This document shows, piece by piece, positions 1-64,000 of a DNA stretch of 64,000 nucleotides (its first letter is position 1; every line of letters begins with the position of its first letter). The translations under genes and the position numbers were made by a program. The notes under the pieces are model-generated. The model worked only from the letters and a program-made list of their open reading frames with translations, was not told the DNA's origin and ran no database searches. Source of the stretch: Camelus dromedarius (taxonomy: Eukaryota); assembly GCF_036321535.1 (NCBI RefSeq), contig NC_087436.1:112594001-112658000 (forward strand), read 5' to 3'.

Positions 1-1352
1 GCTTTAAGTGTGTAAGTAAGTGTGTAAGAACACACTCTCCTCCCCCCAGTAAGGGAGGTATCTTTTGGGATCTCAGAAAGCATTGAGACAGGAAGCAGTA
101 CGAGATAGTCCCTGACCGCGTCATTGTCTGAGGCTCCCGGGAGTTTAGGGCTGAAGATGATGCTGACGTGCGTTATTATTACTATTATTATTACTGATTG
201 AGCTTTACTCCGGCAGACACTTCCACCTAATATATGTTAAATAGTACATGCCAAGTGCTGAGAACAGAATAATGCACAGAACATGCATCGCCCCTCATTC
301 TGTCGCCATGGTAACTCAGGCTCAGAGTCGCATTTTAACCATGCCAAGACCTGTCCCCCAGAGACTCCTATGTAGTTGGTCAGGGTCGGCTGGTTATTGA
401 TACTGCTCAAAAGGTTCCCGGGGGAGTGGTAATGGGAGATTAATTGGAGCACTGTCCCTCAATTCACTAGTGTATCTGATTGCAATTGGGCAACTGTCAT
501 CTGCCAAGCCCCTGGTGGGTGCCCGGGAAAGAGCGGGGAGTGTGACTGTCACAGTTCTCCCTCCCCTGGGGCTGCAGCAGGCTCAGGAATCGGCCACAAG
601 GGAGCCGTCACCCTAAGTCAGGTGAGTGCCATGAAGGGACAAGTGTAGGACTCCATGAAGGAAGGATTTACAGCAAACTCAGACATGGTTATCAAGACAG
701 ACTTGCTGGAAGAAGCAACGTCCAAACTTAGACTTGAGTTTCATCAGGGGAGCAGTGATGGGAATAATGTTCTGGGTGAGGAGGTGGCAGGAGGGAGCCC
801 AGAGTGAAGAAGGGGAGAGAGCATGACGCTTCCTGGGGACTAGACTGGTCAAGAAGAACAGGACGTGCAGCCGGGCAGCAGAGGCCCACGTGGAGGAGTG
901 TGAATTCCACGTGGTGGGAGCCCCTGGGATGCTATTCAGCAGGGGAATGCCCCATCAGAGCTTCATATTGGAAAGGGCACTTGGAAGGTGGTGCCTTGGG
1001 CTCTGGGGTTCTAGGCAGCCGCTGATTCTCTTTTACAGAGACCATGTGGTTAGTGCATTAAGCATTTGTAGCTCTCCCTCCCATTCCCTGGTCCATGACT
1101 GATTAGCATATGATTAAGGACCTTTCAAGGAATCCAAATGTGAATTCAAACGTGAGCCTTAGAACTTGACTCCACCTGCAGCACCGTTTCTCTGATGAAC
1201 ACTCCTTTCACATTCTTGTCTGGTGTCCTCTCCCCCTTGATTTTCTCTGTGTCGGGTATTAATGTTCTTCGTGGTGGTTGATCACTCCAGTAACTTTTCT
1301 GTTTTCTCACTGCATGCTGCCTCTGCGGGCACAACGGCTTTGACTTCTACAG

Positions 1353-58513
<57,161 letters not shown>

Positions 58514-58842
58514 ACAAAGTTTTTAAACAGAGCCAACTGCACAAGTTCTTGAACTGCAGCGCCTGCAAATATTGGAAAAGAAACCTTCCCTTCAGGAGTT
58601 CACAGAGTTCAGTGGGATTATATGGAATGTATACTGATGGGAAAGCACGCATGCTTATGTTTTATTTTTAGTAGTTTTGTTTTAATCATTTGAGCCTCCT
58701 TTGAACATTTAAATATGCAACACATTCGTTAATTACCCGTTTAGCCTTGGAAACTAGATGTGAATTTTGGCCCATTTCACTGCATGGGAACTTAGACTCC
58801 TAGTTAGAGAAAGTCCAGCAGACCACAGATACGTGTGTGCAC

Positions 58843-58848
58843 AATAAA
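58843..58848 (+). terminator. Candidate polyadenylation signal AATAAA for the PROM1 terminal exon
   Basis: AATAAA 330 nt after the TGA, followed by T-rich sequence; usage not shown. Confidence 0.4.
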
Positions 58849-58924
58849 AGAATGATTTCAGAACTATGACTCTAATCTTTTTATTGCAAAATGGGCCTAA
58901 ACTACAGGTGTCAATTAAGTCTCT

Positions 58925-59368
58925 GTATTATTTCCTTAGGGTGGCTGTAACACATCACACAAACTGGGTGGCTTAAAGCAGCAGAAATGTGTCCTCGCGG
59001 TTCCGGAGACCGGAAGTCTGAAATGAACGCGGCAGCAGAAATCAGCCTCCTCCCTGCGGGTCTGCGGGAGAGTCTGTCTGTTCCATGCCTCTCTCCCAGA
59101 TTCTGATGATTGCTGGCAATCCTTGATGTTCCTCGGCTTGTAGACATATCACTGCAGTCTGTCTCTGTCTTCACATGGAGTTTTCCTTTGTGTATCTGCG
59201 TCCAAATTTCCCTCATCTCCCAGGGACACCAGTCTTTGGATCAGGGCCCATCCTAATCAAGAATGACCTCATCTTAATTTCATCACATCTGCAAACAACC
59301 TGTTTCCGAACATTCACAGGTTCTAGGTGGACATAATTTGGGGCATGGGTGGATATTCAGCCCAGCAC
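58925..59368 (-). mobile_element. MaLR LTR relic (MLT1-type)
   Basis: tgtattatttcc...ctgggtggcttaaagcagcagaaat...gacctcatcttaatt...attcagcccagcaca. Confidence 0.7.
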
Positions 59369-59748
59369 AGTCACACAACAATAGCAAATAGCCAAAGAGA
59401 TAGAGACGTGGACACGAAAGAGCAACACTGTACACACAGAAATAAAGTAAGTTACCAGAATCAGAAATGACAGGAAATAAAAAATTTTGATAGACATACA
59501 CAAAATAGTGACTCGTTCCCCTCTTAATTTTGTTTGTCTTTGTCTAAGAGCATGTTAATACTCCACTGCTTGTGCACATAAATTGTTTTCCATCTAACCC
59601 AGTGATGCCCCGCCCCTGCTAGACAGTGGATTTACCCAAGGGGGGAACTTTTAAAAAGTACTGATACTGTCTCCTACCCTAGGAGGTTCCCATGTCGTTG
59701 GTTACTGATGTGGCTTGAATATGTGGATTTAAACATTTTCCTGGGTTA

Positions 59749-59897
59749 GGGGGAGGGTATAGCTCAGTGGTAGAGTGTGTGCTTAGCCTGCACAAGGTCC
59801 GAGGTTCAATCCGCAGTACCTCCACTAAAAGAAAAATTAGTTAAAAAGTACATAAGTAAACCTAATTACTACCCCTCCGCCCCTCCTAAAAAAAAAG
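59749..59897 (+). mobile_element. tRNA-derived SINE (Vic-1-like) nested in a MER5-type relic
   Basis: GGGGAGGGTATAGCTCAGTGGTAGAG...GGTTCAATCC...TAAACCTAATTAC...poly(A); the right flank reads ggtgattctgatg...ggttgagaaacact (MER5-like). Confidence 0.85.
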
Positions 59898-61134
59898 ATT
59901 TTCCCTGGTGATTCTGATGTACAGCCAAGGTTGAGAAACACTATGTCTGATTCATTAAGTCAGAATTTCTGAGCTGTATCCCAGGTAATCCTCATATGTA
60001 ACCTGGATTGAGAAGTACTCATTCAGCTTCTACAGGCATTGCATCCCATTAATATATTTTCATTTATTGTCTGCTATGTCCCAAGCCCTGTGCAAGACCC
60101 TGGGTGGAGGAGGGGGTGAGCTAACAGATTAGGTCCAGCCTCGTAGGAATTCACCGTCAGCAGCGGAGACCGAGAAGATACACTTGATGAGAGTATGAGA
60201 GACAGAAGGCTGTGGGGTGGTGGGAGTCAGGGAGGTTTTTGCTGCAGTTGAATTTCTGAAAAATAAATACATTAAAAACCTATGACACAGTTAACACATC
60301 TGTTTCTTGGGAAAGCTCTGCGTCTTTTACTGTCCCCTCCTGTAGTCCTCACCGCATCCCTGTGGGGTCAGCAGTTTTAGTTAATAACTATAAACTAAGT
60401 GGCCTGAAGCTTACAGAATCGAGTTGTCCGGTACCACCCAGCTCATAAGTGTTGGGGCCAGAAGAGGCCTCCGGTCCCCCAGATTCTGTAGCTTCTGACT
60501 CCCCAGCACATGCACGGCTGGGCTGGGCTGGGTTTTGGCTCAGACATGTACTGACAACATTTCAAAGGAAAACCGCCCGTTAGCTGCCTGGTGTTCTGTA
60601 GGGATGAAATGGAATGAGCATCAGTGCTACTCAGAGCGTGGGCTGAGGACCAGAGCATCACCAGGGGAACCGAGAAAGGCTAATTCTGACCCCACCCTGG
60701 ACACACTGAATCAGAGTCGCTGAGGGCAAGGCCCAGGAATGTGGATTTTAACAAGCTATCAGGATGAGTCCAAAGTAACCTAAAGTTGGCCAGTATTTCA
60801 ATATTTCAAATCACCCTGAAGGAAAAGATCCTGATTCATTTACAAAATTGCTTTTGCCCAAGAAATGTGGCTAAGCCCCACTGCAAACTAGAGACTGTTG
60901 GCAGAGCAACCTGTGCCTCTGTAAGGGCTGCAGAAGGCAAGGGAGCGCGGTCATGGTGCTTTGCACGGCTGAGCGCCAGGCGCAGACCCACCTCCACCCG
61001 GCTGAAACGCCCGTCTCCTCGCCCGTCGTCCCCTGCGGGCCTTCATGCCTTTTCTGAACGGCAGCTGCCATCAGGTCAGATCAGTGACGGCCACCACTTC
61101 TCCGTCCTCTTCTAAATAAGCATTTATTTTATTG

Positions 61135-62293
61135 CTGCAACCAGGTCTCAGACCCTCGTACACAAAGCCCATGTCTCAAGTTCCTCAGATTCCCCCTGGC
61201 CCATTAGAGTGTAAACCACAGTTTCAGAACCAGAGACCTAACTAAAATAAAGAGAGATTTATTTAGGATTTATTAGGAGTGCAGTCCAGGAGACACAGAT
61301 TCAAGATGTCCCTACAGCACCTTCCTGGGACAGACCACCCCAGCTCCCCTGTATCCTCCACCTGCCTCTTGTTGGTAGAAGACTTTAGCCTCCTAGACCT
61401 TCCCCAAGTTCCACAGAATACATTTAATCAGACAAGTGAGAAAATGCAGAAACAAAGGAAAACAGTCAAATAAGACAAAATAATAATAGTTTAGCCGTTA
61501 AACAAAGTCAAGGACCTATAGGCCCTCCTCCGGGGCTGTGGGAGCTTTGAACTGTTCTACAGGTACATAAACCCCCACCAGGTGGGAGAAGTTAGCTGTC
61601 TGCTGCCCACAGCACGTAGACCCTAGACTGGTCGGCTCCCGATTACCTCACCACCAGCCAATCAAAACAAGGTCCACAAAGCTGATCTCAAACCCCGAAA
61701 CCCTCTCCCTCACCCTGTCTTTAAAAAACCTTTCCCTGAAAGCCACTAGGGGAGCGTTCAGGTCTTTTAAGCACCAGCTTTCTGGACTCCTTGCTTGGTG
61801 TCCTGCCGTAAACACTGCACTTTCCTTCACCACAACCTGGTGTCGGTGGATTGGCTTTATAGCCCGAGGCTGAGCAGACACAAGTTTGGTTTGGTAACAA
61901 AGAAGCACTTGAATTGTGCCAGGCTAGAAAATGCGAGAAACTTATAAAGGCAAAAACTCACAGGATTACAGAAGTTGTTTGCCAAGAATTAGAATTGGAG
62001 CCGGCAAGAAGTAAAGGTGCTTGTTAAGCAAGGATTGGTTGGGGTTTGAAATGATTAGCAGTGTAAGGGGTGGGGTACTTTGAAATGACATGGTTACAGC
62101 TAGCAGCTGCTAGCAGGTAATGTTTTGCAAACTTAATGCTGGTAGTGTCCTTGAGTTTGATACCGTTCAAGAAAGTTCAAGTTCTCAAGGATGCAGGAAC
62201 GTGTCTGAAACCACAACCACAGTGGCCACCCAGCTCCATCTGAGAACCATAGTTACTCCATTTTGAATTTTAAATGATTTTAAATATGTCATC
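61135..62293 (-). mobile_element. ERV LTR (outer), interrupted by a second LTR
   Basis: ggagacacagattcaaga|agcacttgaattgtgcc becomes contiguous once the inner element is removed; outer ends approximate. Confidence 0.6.
61307..61899 (+). mobile_element. ERV1-class solo LTR (inner, nested)
   Basis: TG...CA termini, exact 4-bp TSD AAGA (61303-61306, 61900-61903), AGCCAATCA box, TTTAAAA TATA-like box. Confidence 0.8.
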
Positions 62294-63049
62294 AAGAGAC
62301 AGTCTGGACTGACGTCAGACTCTGAGACCTCAGTTCAAATGTGGCTCTCCCTTGAGAAATAACTCAAGCTTTCTCAGCCTCATTCTCCCATCTGTTAACC
62401 GGGGAGGGGAATGCACCCACCTCCTTGGGTGGATGTGATGGTCCTCATGATGGCTGGCACCGAGTAGCCTCAATAAAGGAGAGCCAGTGTCACCTGCCAG
62501 TGATGCTATAGGCTTCCAATACACAGCAGATCAAGGTTTTTTTGTGAGGTAGTGAACTCCTGTCCCTGGGGGGTTCAAGAAAGTCTAGCCAAACTATCTT
62601 ATTTGTGAGATGTCATGAAGAGGTGTCTCCAGTTCAAAGAAGAAAAGAAAGGAAAGGAAGATGTTAGAGAAGGCACGAGGATCTGTCTTCCCACTTAAAA
62701 ATGAATTGCGCAGACAAAATCTGTCCAAAATAGTTACACTATTTTGGAACCCTGGAGTCTATTGAAGGCTGACAAATTCCAGGGGAATGTTTGGATGGTA
62801 AACTGGGTAATTTCCATCAATTTCAGCTTGAAGCTCTCCATTCCCTGCCCTAGTCCGATGGCAGTCAATGGTGTGTGTGTTCCTGGAGTAGCTCGTACGC
62901 AGACTTTTCGAGTGCCAGGATGGGCATTATGGACCCTGTTCCCCAGATACTGGGGGCCTGTGTTCTGATCACTGGCTGCTGCTTCTAATCACAGAGATGC
63001 AGTCGCAGACACGGGTGGCTCTTCTTGACTTCCTCTAGGGACAAGCTGC

Positions 63050-64000
63050 TCTAATGCTCACGCAGTCTGGCTATGGGGTGGCCCACTATGCTGGCAGCAC
63101 ATCCTATCCTGCTGGATGGACTTCCCCAGCCAAGTTTTTTCATGTCCCTTCTACCTCTTGCTGATGCCACCAGCTGAGACATCTGTGGAATGTCACGTTC
63201 ACCAGCCCACTGCCAGGGCCCCTTTGCTGTGAGTGATGCAGCATATGTGACCACAATGAGCTTGGTCTCCAGTGCTACCTGGGATGGCCCAAATCTGCCA
63301 CTGGTGCAGAATGGCAAATTCTAGTTAGAGGTTAAGTGTCCAAGGCCACTGGAAGCCACGAGCAGTCACAAGATGGCAGCAGAGGACACATGTGTTCTAT
63401 TTGCCAGAAAAGGGCAAGGCTCACCCTTAGAGCTGAAAGGGTCCCGGCTTATTTTCAGAAAGACAGATGAACTACTGACGGGCACCACAACCCGATAGTC
63501 ACTTCAGTCTCAACGGCACACAGATGTAAGCCCCGTTTTAGAGCCCATTGCGCTAGAGGCAGGATTACCACAACCAGACCAACGGGGGTGGAGAGAGGGA
63601 TTGATGATGGCACTGGGAATGTGCAGACCACTGACTCGCACTGTTCCACTCAGTCTCAGCTGGGTGTGCACCTTCCCACGGGCACCCACCTGGTGCACAG
63701 AGAAGTGTCATGCAGCAGTGGCTTTCCAGAGCACGCAGCTGCACAGAGGGGTGTCTTGGATGTACTTGTCATTGTCAACCACTAGCTAGGTTGCTATCCA
63801 GGGTCCAAGAACAGGTAATAAGAGGCCTGCCTGGTCCCTAGGAGTATTGCTTAAGGGAAGGGCGACTGCATTCAATTTCAGTTTAGCCCAAGAGCTGATG
63901 GGCTCCTTCCAGAGCTGTCACCGGCAGTAGGTGGCTGCTGCCACCCGGTGGGCTCCATCAGTTTTTAGCTGGGATATGCCTTCAGCAAACTGGGTCCAAG
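63050..64000 (-). mobile_element. Decayed ERV-L (class III) pol fragment: RNase H + integrase
   Basis: Minus-strand frames give colinear motifs: TDG, SSWAKLKLNAV (~SQWAELRAV), TCSWTLDSNLA (~TDSWAVANGLA), DTPL..LWK, HQVGAR (~HVDAH), ETEWN, QWALKRGL, WQIW, LTAKGPWQWAGERDI (~FTAKEVQQWA..GI). Frameshifted with stops. Confidence 0.7.

Noticed and set aside
59749..59825. tRNA-like sequence (also at 34035, 31020, 43375, 44920)
   Set aside because: These are SINE heads with A-rich tails, TSDs and degraded stems, not tRNA genes.

Overview
Mammalian genomic DNA, most likely a camelid (alpaca/camel), inferred from five copies of a tRNA-derived Vic-1-like SINE and the L1 3' ends. The window holds most of PROM1 (prominin-1/CD133) on the + strand. 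I traced 23 coding exons from 1353 to 58513; they splice in one frame into 765 codons plus TGA. The signal-peptide and first exons lie upstream of the window. There is also an alternative C-terminal exon (57741-57777, ...WHFTL*). The introns carry L1 3' ends, SINEs, MaLR/MLT1 and ERV LTRs, MER DNA-transposon relics and a full-length U6 retropseudogene split by a SINE; a nested LTR pair and a decayed ERV-L pol fragment lie downstream of the last coding exon. I see no wholly new multi-gene system. The most unusual signals are in PROM1 splicing and its cytoplasmic tail: an obligatory GC-AG intron, an apparently dead 18-nt microexon where a photoreceptor microexon is expected, a GAT insertion that changes the YDDV phosphotyrosine motif to YDDDL, and a terminal exon unlike human and mouse. 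Comparisons to other species are from memory and need database confirmation. Repeat boundaries and family names are approximate.
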